Shown one piece after another: positions 16,464 through 25,250 of a stretch of 64,000 bases of DNA. The stretch comes from Dehalococcoidia bacterium (GTDB taxonomy: Bacteria > Chloroflexota > Dehalococcoidia > Lucifugimonadales > JAGWBF01): assembly GCA_965197415.1 (NCBI GenBank), contig OZ240207.1, positions 2,858,957-2,922,956 on the forward strand, given 5' to 3'. How positions within the stretch are numbered: position 1 is the first letter of the stretch; each line of letters opens with the position of its first letter. Below the pieces are notes generated by a model. The model did no database searches. It was given only the letters and a program-made list of their open reading frames with translations, and was not told where the DNA came from. Made by a program: the position numbers and the translations under genes.

Positions 16464-17711
16464 ATGACATCGCCTCTTGAGGGACTAAAGGTCGTCGACA
16501 TGTCCCAGGTCTTCTTTGGGCCTGGGGCAGCCATGTTCCTGGGCGACCAAGGAGCAGACGTCATAAAGGTCGAACCCCTCGGCGGGGACGGGATGAGGTA
16601 CAAGTATGCCTCGCCCTTCCTGCGCAAATGGGGCCTCGGCAAGTGCTTCCTGGGGCTGAACCGGAACAAGCGGAGCATTTCCGTTGACGCTTCCGCCGAT
16701 GGCGGGCGGGAGATAGTCCACCGGCTGGTGGAATGGTCTGACGTTTACATCATGAATATGAGGCCGGGGACTGAGGCCCGTTTAGGGCTGGACTACGAAA
16801 CTCTCAGCCGGATAAATCCCCGGCTCGTATACGCTTCCATCAGCGGGTTCGGCCATGAGGGCCCGGAGGCCCGACTCCCGGCTTACGACATTGTCATACA
16901 GGCCCGTTCAGGCGTGATGTCCACCAACAAGCTGCCCGATGGCACTCCCATACCCTACGTGGTCATGTACGCCGACATATCCGGCTGCATGACCCTCTCC
17001 TACGCTATAATGGTCGCTTTGTGGGAGCGTGAACGCACCGGCAAAGGCCAGAAGATAGACGCCTCCCTGCTGCACCAGGGCTTGGCAATGCAGATGCAGC
17101 AGCTAGTGTGGGTAGAGAATGACGAATCGCCCATGGCCGGCGCCTCCCCTTCGGCCATGTCGGGCAGCTACCGCTGCTCCGACGGCGGCCATCTGGCCAT
17201 AGTCATCCAGGAAGAACGCCAATACCAGGCGTTATGCCAAGTCTTGGACCTTCCCGAGGCGGCCACGGATCTCAGGTTCGGCACGTTTCACTCCAGAATC
17301 GACAACGCCGCTGACCTCGGCGAGCTTATAGGCGGTGTATTTGGAACGCGCCCTCTCGACGAGTGGCTCCCCAAGCTCAAGCAAGCGGGGGTTCCCGTTG
17401 AGGCTGTCGTGACCAGGGACCAAACGCTCCAGGACGTTCAGGCTCTGGCCAACGGAATGTTCTGGGAGCAGGACCATCCACACGTGGGAAAGGTCAAGAT
17501 GGTTACGCCCCCATTCAGTTTGTCGTCTCACTCTTTAGAGGAAAGGCCGTGCAGGCCCGTCCCGCTGCTGGGGGAGCACACCGACGAGACTCTTGCAGGG
17601 CTGGGCTACGGAGCCCACGAGATTGCAAGACTGCACGAGATCGGCGTTGTCCGGGGACCCGAAGCTCTATTGAACGCGGCGGCTGGGAGCGTTAGCGGCC
17701 TGGCACGATGA
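16464..17711 (+). CDS. Family III CoA-transferase (CaiB/BaiF/Frc type)
   Basis: 'LEGLKVVDMSQVFFGPGAAMFLGDQGADVIKVEP' N-terminal signature and the 'YADISG' Asp region. Confidence 0.9.
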   Translation: MTSPLEGLKVVDMSQVFFGPGAAMFLGDQGADVIKVEPLGGDGMRYKYASPFLRKWGLGKCFLGLNRNKRSISVDASADGGREIVHRLVEWSDVYIMNMRPGTEARLGLDYETLSRINPRLVYASISGFGHEGPEARLPAYDIVIQARSGVMSTNKLPDGTPIPYVVMYADISGCMTLSYAIMVALWERERTGKGQKIDASLLHQGLAMQMQQLVWVENDESPMAGASPSAMSGSYRCSDGGHLAIVIQEERQYQALCQVLDLPEAATDLRFGTFHSRIDNAADLGELIGGVFGTRPLDEWLPKLKQAGVPVEAVVTRDQTLQDVQALANGMFWEQDHPHVGKVKMVTPPFSLSSHSLEERPCRPVPLLGEHTDETLAGLGYGAHEIARLHEIGVVRGPEALLNAAAGSVSGLAR

Positions 17712-17885
17712 ATCTCCGCTAACAGAGCCTCTGTGTTGGCATCGCGTCGACTTTCCAATTGGTTTCAATCAATTCGAGCCGGAAAGGATGCCCTGAAAAC
17801 CAGTTGCGCTGTTTTCCGTATGGACTTTGGCAAGGACACCCACTAAACTAATGGCATCGGGAAAAATCAAGGCAGGGAGGGCGAT

Positions 17886-19298
17886 ATGGGCGACGAAAAC
17901 ATTGCTCTGATGGCCCATCTTATGCGTCGAGCGGGATTCGGCGCGACCCGGGACGAACTGGAAGCTCTGGTGGAAAAGGGCTACGAAAACGTGGTCGATG
18001 AGCTGGTTGACCCGGACGGTCACGGGATACCCAAGATGAGCATCGACTACTTCTTCAGGTATTACCCCACCCTGGAGAGCTCCAACCCCATCCCTCAGGG
18101 AAGGTCTCACCTCGTCTACCACTTCATAAACAGCCCACGGCAGCTGGAAGAGAAGATGACCCTGCTGTGGCACACCATCTTCGCGACCGGCTACGCCAAG
18201 GTGGACAGCACTCCCGACGAGTTGCGGCAAATAGAGACCTTCCGGGTCAATGGCCTCGGCAACTTCCGGGACCTGCTGGTGGAACTGGCCAAAGACCCGG
18301 CGATGATTTTCTGGCTGGACAACAACTACAACCACAAGGACCTGCCCAACGAGAACTGGGGCAGGGAGCTTCTGGAGCTGTTCTCCATGGGCCAAGGCAA
18401 CTACACGGAGCAGGACGTCTTCGAGTGCGCCAGGGCCTTCACCGGTTGGACCATGGCTCACAAGCCTCCCAGGTTCCCCATGGGCCGCCACGTCTTGTGG
18501 CGGTTCCAGTACAACGCCGAAGACCACGACGACGGCGAGAAGCAGTTCCTGGGCCACACCGGTCGTTTCAACGGCGAGGACGTGATAGACATCATCGTCC
18601 GGCAGCCCGCGACGTCCCGCTTCATAGCCCGGCACCTCTACAACTTCTTCGTTGCCGACGAGGTGCAGGTCCCGGCGTGGCTGCACACTCCTCCAAGGGA
18701 TGCGGTGGCCATCAACATTATCGCCGACGCTTTCACCAACTCCGGCTACGAGCTAAAGGAAACGTTGAGGACTATCTTCAATTCCGACTTCTTCAAAGAG
18801 GCCCGCTACCAGAGGGTCAAGAGTCCTGCGGAGGTGGTGAGCGGCATTTGCAGGCTGGTGGGAGATTTCCGAGGCTTTCCCAGGCCCGGCTTGCAAGCTC
18901 TGGTGGAGGAGACCAACTACCAGGGCCAAGCCTTGCTCGACCCGCCCAGCGTCGAGGGCTGGCACTATGGGCCAGAGTGGATTGACAGCGGATCGCTGGT
19001 GAGGCGCATCAACTTTTCCGCCGACCGTCTTTCCGACCTGCGAATGCCCGGGGTGCGCTCCATCATTGGCCGTGTCCAGTCTATGGGGACCCTGACGCCG
19101 TCGGAGATGATCGCCGCCGCCCTGGACTTCATGGGTCCTGTGGAGGTCACCGACGCGACGCGGGAAGAGTTGATGGTCCTGGCTCAGCAGGGGGGTGACC
19201 TGGCTTGGGACACCGACGAGCAGGTTGCGACTTCCCAGCGGCGAGTGGCCGACCTTCTGGCCCTCATAGCGTCGTCCAGGGAGTTCCAGTTCTGTTGA
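17886..19298 (+). CDS. DUF1800-family protein
   Basis: 'LMAHLMRRAGFGATRDELEAL' and 'NENWGRELLELFSMGQGNYTEQDV' resemble DUF1800 proteins. Confidence 0.75.
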   Translation: MGDENIALMAHLMRRAGFGATRDELEALVEKGYENVVDELVDPDGHGIPKMSIDYFFRYYPTLESSNPIPQGRSHLVYHFINSPRQLEEKMTLLWHTIFATGYAKVDSTPDELRQIETFRVNGLGNFRDLLVELAKDPAMIFWLDNNYNHKDLPNENWGRELLELFSMGQGNYTEQDVFECARAFTGWTMAHKPPRFPMGRHVLWRFQYNAEDHDDGEKQFLGHTGRFNGEDVIDIIVRQPATSRFIARHLYNFFVADEVQVPAWLHTPPRDAVAINIIADAFTNSGYELKETLRTIFNSDFFKEARYQRVKSPAEVVSGICRLVGDFRGFPRPGLQALVEETNYQGQALLDPPSVEGWHYGPEWIDSGSLVRRINFSADRLSDLRMPGVRSIIGRVQSMGTLTPSEMIAAALDFMGPVEVTDATREELMVLAQQGGDLAWDTDEQVATSQRRVADLLALIASSREFQFC

Positions 19299-19345
19299 CC
19301 AGTGCCGTTGCCCGATGATGAAAAGACCCTCAGAAGGGAGGCGTC

Positions 19346-20419
19346 ATGCTAACTAAGTACGCACAGGGAAGAGTCTACAATTTTGATCAGTGCCTGGGCA
19401 AAGGAATCGGCGGCGGCAGGGCGTTCAGCGCCGGGGCCGACTTCGCCGTAAGCCAGGACGGTTCGCTTTACGTGCTCAACAAGGGACATGAGTACCAGCC
19501 AAGCACCGGCTTGACCAAGTGCACCATCGACCACGAGTTCCTGTGGGAGGACCGGGACTTCAGCTATGGGGCGGGGCTGCCCTTTCCCACTTCGGTCGCT
19601 CTTGACAGCGAAGAGAACGTTTACGTGTCCGACGACTACATGAACAAGATTTTCGTGTACGACAAGGATGGGAACGGTCAGGGCTTCTGGCCCGATAGGG
19701 AACCCGTGGAACAGGAGCCATACTCGGCGTCAGACTTGGATTTCAACCTGTATCTGGCCAAGCTGAACGGAGGCCTCAACGAAGATGGCCAGTTCAACGG
19801 CCCGTCGGGCCTGGCTTTCGACTGCGACGACAACCTGTACGTTGCGGACAGCCACAACCACCGAATTCAAGTGTTCGCCAAAGACGGCCAGTTCCTCCGG
19901 AAGTTCGGCAGCCACGGATCGGAAGAAGGCCAACTAAACCTCCCGTGGGGCATCGCGGTTGACGCCGACAGGAACATCTATGTGGCAGACTGGGGAAACG
20001 ATCGGGTGCAGAAGTTCTCCCCGGACGGTCAACACCTGGTCACCTTCGGCTGCACGGGTTCGGCCGATGGAGAGATAGTCCGCCCGACCAGCGTTGCGGT
20101 TGACGATGAAGGGGATGTATACGTTACGGACTGGGGCAACAACCGGGTCAACGTCTACAATCCGGACGGCGGGTTCATCACGTCCTTCTACGGAGACGCC
20201 GATAGGCTCTCCCCGTCCCACCAGGCCCAGGTGGACGCCAACCCCGACGTGGCCAAGGCTCGACGCCGCACCGACCTTACTATGGAGCGGACACTGGCCC
20301 GGCCCACGGCGGTCAAGGTGGACAGACAGGGGCGCATTATCATCCTGGAGTCGCTGCGCAGTCGGATGCAGGTCTACGTCAAAGAAAAGGACTGGCTAGA
20401 GGCCCAGTTCAACCTTTAG
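19346..20419 (+). CDS. NHL-repeat beta-propeller protein
   Basis: Repeated 'P.G.A.D..GN.YV.D..N.R.Q.F..DG' units, e.g. 'LYVADSHNHRIQVFAKDGQF' and 'IYVADWGNDRVQKFSPDGQH'. Confidence 0.85.
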   Translation: MLTKYAQGRVYNFDQCLGKGIGGGRAFSAGADFAVSQDGSLYVLNKGHEYQPSTGLTKCTIDHEFLWEDRDFSYGAGLPFPTSVALDSEENVYVSDDYMNKIFVYDKDGNGQGFWPDREPVEQEPYSASDLDFNLYLAKLNGGLNEDGQFNGPSGLAFDCDDNLYVADSHNHRIQVFAKDGQFLRKFGSHGSEEGQLNLPWGIAVDADRNIYVADWGNDRVQKFSPDGQHLVTFGCTGSADGEIVRPTSVAVDDEGDVYVTDWGNNRVNVYNPDGGFITSFYGDADRLSPSHQAQVDANPDVAKARRRTDLTMERTLARPTAVKVDRQGRIIILESLRSRMQVYVKEKDWLEAQFNL

Positions 20420-20440
20420 GGGGAGCAGCCGACTCCTGCC

Positions 20441-20569
20441 TACCCCCACCCTAACCCTCCCCCTCGAAGGGGGAGGGGATATGCTTTCTCGCTCGTTGGC
20501 GCAGGCAACGCGACGAAAATAAACTGCGACTGCTCCTTCCCCCTCAGGGGGAAGGTTGGGATGGGGGTA
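20441..20569. mobile_element. 129-bp MITE-like element: two inverted copies of the GC-rich hairpin unit flanking a 54-bp core
   Basis: Left arm TACCCCCACCCTAACCCTCCCCCTCGAAGGGGGAGGGGA (20441-20479). Right arm TCCTTCCCCCTCAGGGGGAAGGTTGGGATGGGGGTA (20534-20569). The arms are imperfect reverse complements. Confidence 0.55.
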
Positions 20570-20573
20570 TCAG

Positions 20574-21521
20574 CTACCCGGACACCGCCGGCATGATCTC
20601 CTCGGCCACATACTGCATGTCGTCCAGAAGCCTCTGGGGGCTTTCTTTGGTCGGGTCTCCGCTGGTGGGGACGGCGGCCAGGTGTTTCAGTCCTGCCCGC
20701 TGGTAGGCCATCAAGTTGTCTATGATTTTGTCCTTGCTGCCCGAGGCGATGACAGCCACGTCCCCGGGATGGGGGTCTCCGATTCGAATCCCTCCGTACA
20801 TGGCTATGTCCATTTCGTCCAGGTTCCTGCCCCGGCTGTCCAGCTCTCTGCGCAGATTGTCCAACTCCGCCGCCAACTCCTCTGCGGTGACCCTGAGAGT
20901 GTAGTAGCCGGAGGCGTATTGGGCCGCCCTCTGCGCGGCCCTGGGACCGCCGTAGCTCCCCAGCCATATTGGTATGTGGGGCTTCTGAACGGTTTTGGGG
21001 AACCCCCCTATAGATTCGAAGGAGTGGAAACGCCCCTGGTAGCTGGACGCGCCGTCGCCCGTCCAAAGCTCCACGCAAATCCTCAGCCACTCGTCAGTGA
21101 CGGTCCACCGGATGCGGAACCGCTCCCCCATCTCCAAGGTTTCGAACTCGTCCTGCATCCAACCTGCTCCCGCTCCGAGGATGACACGTCCGTCGGATAG
21201 GCAGTCCAGCGTAGCCAGCATCTTTGCCAGCACCAAGGGGTTCCGGTAAGGAATCACCAGGACACAGAAGCCCAGCTTTATCCGCGAGGTCCTGGCCGCT
21301 ATGCCTGCCAGCATCGCTATGGGGTCGTAGATGTCCTGTCGGGCGCCGAAGCTGGATTCCGGGTAGCGGGCGTGGTGCCTCGCCGGCATCACCAGATGAT
21401 CGTGGGCCCAAACGGCGTCGAACCCCAGCTGCTCGGCTCTCTCCGCGATGTGCACCTGGTCTTCGGCTCCTCCCCTCTTTTCGAACCATCCAAAGTTGCG
21501 TATAGATATGCCCAGCTTCAT
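20574..21521 (-). CDS. Luciferase-like (LLM class) flavin/F420-dependent oxidoreductase
   Basis: 'MKLGISIRNFG', 'GFDAVWAHDHL' and 'LGAGAGWMQDEFE' are typical LLM blocks. ATG 21521 follows AGGAGG. Confidence 0.88.
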   Translation of the reverse strand: MKLGISIRNFGWFEKRGGAEDQVHIAERAEQLGFDAVWAHDHLVMPARHHARYPESSFGARQDIYDPIAMLAGIAARTSRIKLGFCVLVIPYRNPLVLAKMLATLDCLSDGRVILGAGAGWMQDEFETLEMGERFRIRWTVTDEWLRICVELWTGDGASSYQGRFHSFESIGGFPKTVQKPHIPIWLGSYGGPRAAQRAAQYASGYYTLRVTAEELAAELDNLRRELDSRGRNLDEMDIAMYGGIRIGDPHPGDVAVIASGSKDKIIDNLMAYQRAGLKHLAAVPTSGDPTKESPQRLLDDMQYVAEEIMPAVSG

Positions 21522-21584
21522 ACAGGCTCCTCCTGACTTTCCCGCGCGATTGATGCCCAAATATGAGGCCGCTCTGGCCAGCGC

Positions 21585-21800
21585 CTAGGATTCCCTTGCA
21601 CCAGCTCTGTCGAACAAGGCTGCGGCTAGCATTGGTCCCAATAATTCAGCCGCGTGTTCAATCATCACTCCATTAGGTTTGCCCTCGTTGTCGAAGAACG
21701 CTGTGACGTGCTCGGCGATGTCTTCTCCGTCGGGCGTAGGCTTCCCATTACTAAGCCATAAAATGTCGGTTTCCTTGTCGTAATCGATTATCAATTTCAT
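21585..21800 (-). CDS. DUF2283-family small protein
   Basis: 'KLIIDYDKETDILWLSNG' and 'VTAFFDNEGKPNGVMIEHA' resemble DUF2283. Start is 5 nt after the upstream LLM stop. Confidence 0.6.
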   Translation of the reverse strand: MKLIIDYDKETDILWLSNGKPTPDGEDIAEHVTAFFDNEGKPNGVMIEHAAELLGPMLAAALFDRAGARES

Positions 21801-21805
21801 AGGGT

Positions 21806-22768
21806 TTACTGCTTAAACAGGGGAAGAATCTCGCTGGCGAAAAGCTCCATGCCCTCGTCCAGCGCCTTGCGTGGGTCAGATTCTCCCGCGATGGACGGTG
21901 TGCATTGGATATGCTGTAGTCCCACCTTGGCGTACTCCCTGAGGTCGTTGATGACCTGGTCTGGGGACCCGGTGAGGGGCGGGCGGTCGTCCCCGTCGAC
22001 GGGCGCATCGGTAAGGACCGTCCTGCCGCTCGTGCATATTTCAATCTCTGACGGGTCCCTCTTGTCCCGACGGCACAGCTCCCGGAGCAGGGAGACCTCC
22101 TCGGCCAGCTGGGACGGGGTCACGTTTATGCATATGAACCCGTCCCCCAATCTGACCGCGCGCAGAGCTGCGTTGCGGCCTTTGCCTCCGAGGTATATTG
22201 GCGGGTGAGGCTTACGGTAGGGTTTGGGAAACGTGCCGGCGTCGATGAACCCCACGTAGCGCCCCACAAAGTTGGAGGGGCCGGTATTGGTCCACATCTC
22301 TTTGATGGCCCGGATGTACTCGGACGTTACGGTCCCCCGCCGCCGGAAATGTTCCGGGGGCAGGCCCAATGCGTCGAACTCGTCCTCCAGCCATCCGGCT
22401 CCGGCTCCCAGGATGATTCGCCCGTTGGAGAGGAGGTCTGCGTTGGCAAGCATCTTGGCGGTGAGCGCGGGGTGGCGGTATGGAATGACCAGTACGCTGG
22501 AGATTATGCTGACCCGGCTGGTGACTGCGGCAAGGGCGTTCATCATTACTAGCGGGTCGTAGATGTCGCAGTTCCAGGCGAAAGGGAAGTCCCCACTGGC
22601 GTTGTATGGGTAGGCGGACTTAAAGACCTCCGGAAGCACCACATGGTCATGAACCCAGATTGAGTCATATCCCAGGTCCTCGGCGTGCCTGGCGATGTCG
22701 AGGCAGGCGCCGGGTCCCGGCTCGTTGCCTATCGATCCCAGGTTGCCCGTGGAAACTCCAAACTTCAT
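21806..22768 (-). CDS. Luciferase-like (LLM class) flavin/F420-dependent oxidoreductase
   Basis: 'MKFGVSTGN', 'GYDSIWVHDHV' and 'LGAGAGWLEDEFDALG'. Paralog of 20574..21521. Confidence 0.88.
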   Translation of the reverse strand: MKFGVSTGNLGSIGNEPGPGACLDIARHAEDLGYDSIWVHDHVVLPEVFKSAYPYNASGDFPFAWNCDIYDPLVMMNALAAVTSRVSIISSVLVIPYRHPALTAKMLANADLLSNGRIILGAGAGWLEDEFDALGLPPEHFRRRGTVTSEYIRAIKEMWTNTGPSNFVGRYVGFIDAGTFPKPYRKPHPPIYLGGKGRNAALRAVRLGDGFICINVTPSQLAEEVSLLRELCRRDKRDPSEIEICTSGRTVLTDAPVDGDDRPPLTGSPDQVINDLREYAKVGLQHIQCTPSIAGESDPRKALDEGMELFASEILPLFKQ

Positions 22769-22835
22769 TAAGCGCCTCCCGTTGCTCTCATTTGAACGCC
22801 TAATCTAAAGCTGCTCTGTGTACCTGCGGTGAGGG

Positions 22836-22864
22836 TTGACGTTACGACTATACCACAGTATCTT
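22836..22864 (+). promoter_or_regulatory. Promoter candidate TTGACG-17-TATCTT for the amidohydrolase gene
   Basis: Hexamers at 22836-22841 and 22859-22864, 41 nt upstream of the ATG. Confidence 0.4.
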
Positions 22865-22904
22865 GAGGGCGAAAGGCAATTTCAGTCGACGCGAGGGGTA
22901 AGGA

Positions 22905-24107
22905 ATGGACGATTTCAAGTTGATCGACGGCGACGCTCACATACTGGAGCATGACAACATATTCGACAACTATCTCGAAAAGAAGTACCGGCATCTCATT
23001 GACGAGGCCAGCGTCAGGTGGTGCAGGACTTCCAACCTGGGGGAAAGGCGGGCCGCCCCAATGGAATACGACACCGCCGACCCGCTTTGCTTTGAAATGA
23101 ACCTGAAGGTCATGGGCAGGCAGATGCCCTTCGGGGCCGAAGGCTTTGTCAATGCCGCCAAGGGTTTTGAGGGAAGGGACCTGGATGACCTGGACCGGGC
23201 CTACGGTAAGTGGGCCGACATGAACTTCCCGGCCAGCGCGTACCGTGAGGTCATGGACACCTGCGACATCAGCCACATGATTCTGTACCCCACCGCCGGG
23301 TTCTGGCTCACAGGCGTGCAGGAGATGGACGGGGTCACCGCCAACGCCCTGCGCCGCGCGTACAACCGCTGGCTTGGCGACTTCTGTGCGGAGATTGGTC
23401 CCGGAGGCTGCGGAGCCGCTTCCATCGACCTGCGGGACCCGGTGGCCGCCGCAGAGGAGGTCCGCCGCTGTGTGAAGGAGTACGACTTCAAGGCCGTGCA
23501 CATGAACCCTGCTCCCCACCCCGACATCCGCGTCTACCACGAAGAGTGCGACGTGTTGTGGGAGACATGCGCCGAGCTTGGGGTGCCCATAGGGCTGCAT
23601 CCCAGCACCAGCCATCCCTTCGACCAGGGGTTCCTTACTTACATCGACGGTCTGAGAAACTGCGCCTCCGCCGTCTCATTTGTCATGGGAAGCATGTTGG
23701 CCTGCACCGCCTTCATTATGGGCGGAGTCCTGGAGAGGCACCCCAAGCTTAAGCTCGTGTTCCTGGAGTCGGGCTGCGGATGGGCCGCATTCTGGCCTGA
23801 CCGCCTGGAAGCCGGCATTCAGGGCGGAACCCGCAAGCTCAAGATTGAAGGCCTCAACCACTCGCCGCAGGAATACTTCGAACGCCAGTGTTTCGTTGCC
23901 GCTGACCAGGACGACCCTGGTTTGGAAGACCTGATAGACGCCATCGGAGACCACGTCATCCTCGGCGCCACCGACTTCGGCCACCCCGAGGGGCGCATGT
24001 ACTACCGGGCCAAGCAGGACATGATGAACATGCCCAACATCTCCCTTGAGAGCAAGCGGAGAATCCTCAGGGACAACTCCCTCAGGGCATATCCCATCAA
24101 ACCCTAG
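22905..24107 (+). CDS. Amidohydrolase-2 family metal-dependent hydrolase/decarboxylase (ACMSD-like)
   Basis: 'IDGDAHILEH' metal-binding start, 'AVHMNPAP' and 'ATDFGHPEG' near the C-terminus. Confidence 0.82.
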   Translation: MDDFKLIDGDAHILEHDNIFDNYLEKKYRHLIDEASVRWCRTSNLGERRAAPMEYDTADPLCFEMNLKVMGRQMPFGAEGFVNAAKGFEGRDLDDLDRAYGKWADMNFPASAYREVMDTCDISHMILYPTAGFWLTGVQEMDGVTANALRRAYNRWLGDFCAEIGPGGCGAASIDLRDPVAAAEEVRRCVKEYDFKAVHMNPAPHPDIRVYHEECDVLWETCAELGVPIGLHPSTSHPFDQGFLTYIDGLRNCASAVSFVMGSMLACTAFIMGGVLERHPKLKLVFLESGCGWAAFWPDRLEAGIQGGTRKLKIEGLNHSPQEYFERQCFVAADQDDPGLEDLIDAIGDHVILGATDFGHPEGRMYYRAKQDMMNMPNISLESKRRILRDNSLRAYPIKP

Positions 24108-24119
24108 CCCCCTGTACTG

Positions 24120-25097
24120 GTGACAACAAGGAAGAATCACAGGCGGCCGCTTACAGCGGCCGCCTTGCATATATGGGTGGGAACACTGGTGCGCATCGTT
24201 ATAATCTGCCTCATTGTTGTGGGGTCCCTCGCTTGCCAGTTCACATCGGAGCCCACTCCTGAACCGACTGGAGTTCCGACTCCTACAGCAACTCCGACCC
24301 TGGCTCTGACTCAGTCCCCTGTTTTGCCGACCCAGCCGCCAGCCGTGTTGCTGGACATCGCTGTGGCTCCCGTTCCAGACGATCTGCCTCCCTATGACCG
24401 CGACGACTGGCGCCACTGGACCGATGAGGACAGGGACTGCCAGAACACCCGCCACGAGGTCCTTATCGAGGAAAGCCGCACTGACGTTGTGTACAAGACC
24501 GGCGAGCAGTGCAAAGTGAAGGCAGGAGAGTGGTACGGGGCGTACACCGGCGTGGTGGTCACAGACCCGGCCAAGTTGGACATCGACCACTTCGTCCCGC
24601 TGGCAAATGCTCACAAGTCGGGCGGCTGGTCCTGGTCATCCGAGCGTAAGCGGAGCTATGCCAACAGTCTTGACGACCCCGGGCATTTGATAGCCGTTAC
24701 GTCCGGAGCCAACCGGTCAAAGGGAGCCAAAGGCCCCGAAGAGTGGCGCCCTTCCAACGAGGCATACTCTTGCCAATACGCTCTTGATTGGATCAAGGTC
24801 AAGCAGACCTGGGAACTGACCGCGACTCCTGCTGAGACAAGTGCGCTGCAGGAGTTGTTGGCAACCTGTGATAGCCCCACGGAATTGGCTCCCTCGACGG
24901 TGGAACCCGCTGCGGTGCCTACCGGTCCCAAGCCTGCTGCGCCAGGACAAGGGGCCGTCTTTTCATCATGCGACGAGGCTGACGATGCCGGAGTGCAACG
25001 GATTCAAGGGTCTGTAGGGTCGGGCAAAGGATTCCCCAAGTCAGTGGTCCCGAGCGCGCGTGACGGCGACGCTGACGGGGTAGTCTGCGAGCATTGA
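24120..25097 (+). CDS. Membrane-anchored extracellular nuclease: DUF1524/HNH-type (GmrSD C-terminal-like) domain plus C-terminal excalibur Ca-binding domain
   Basis: TM helix, a Thr/Pro linker, 'LDIDHFVPLANAH' and 'AVTSGANRSKG' His-Me motifs, and C-terminal 'CDEADDAG...RDGDADGVVCE'. The true start is probably GTG 24177, after the hairpin. Confidence 0.72.
   Translation: MTTRKNHRRPLTAAALHIWVGTLVRIVIICLIVVGSLACQFTSEPTPEPTGVPTPTATPTLALTQSPVLPTQPPAVLLDIAVAPVPDDLPPYDRDDWRHWTDEDRDCQNTRHEVLIEESRTDVVYKTGEQCKVKAGEWYGAYTGVVVTDPAKLDIDHFVPLANAHKSGGWSWSSERKRSYANSLDDPGHLIAVTSGANRSKGAKGPEEWRPSNEAYSCQYALDWIKVKQTWELTATPAETSALQELLATCDSPTELAPSTVEPAAVPTGPKPAAPGQGAVFSSCDEADDAGVQRIQGSVGSGKGFPKSVVPSARDGDADGVVCEH
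24141..24165 (+). terminator. Perfect 11-bp GC hairpin after the amidohydrolase gene
   Basis: AGGCGGCCGCT-TAC-AGCGGCCGCCT. There is no clear U-tract. Confidence 0.35.
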
Positions 25098-25143
25098 GAG
25101 CCAGACGTCCCTTCTTCTACGAGGCGATAGGATAGTCTCCGTC

Positions 25144-25163
25144 ATTCCGGCCTTCGCCGGAAT
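25144..25163. repeat. Short hairpin ATTCCGGC-CTTC-GCCGGAAT
   Basis: 8-bp perfect stem. It sits next to a copy of the GC-rich unit in a convergent intergenic region. Confidence 0.4.
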
Positions 25164-25190
25164 CCAGGGTCTACAGTAAAGCTGGGGCAG

Positions 25191-25225
25191 CCCTCACCCC
25201 AACACTCTCCCAGAGGGAGAGGGGG
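25191..25225 (-). repeat. Single copy (reverse orientation) of the GC-rich hairpin unit
   Basis: CCCTCACCCCAACACTCTCCCAGAGGGAGAGGGGG is the reverse complement of the CCCTCTCCC-N3-GGGAGAG..GGGGTGAGGG pattern. Confidence 0.6.
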
Positions 25226-25250
25226 AGCTTGTGCCTAGTCGGGCTTTGGC

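Noticed and set aside
17769-18686. 305-aa minus-strand ORF
   Set aside because: Antisense shadow of the DUF1800 gene, with low-complexity Val/Gly/Pro-rich translation.
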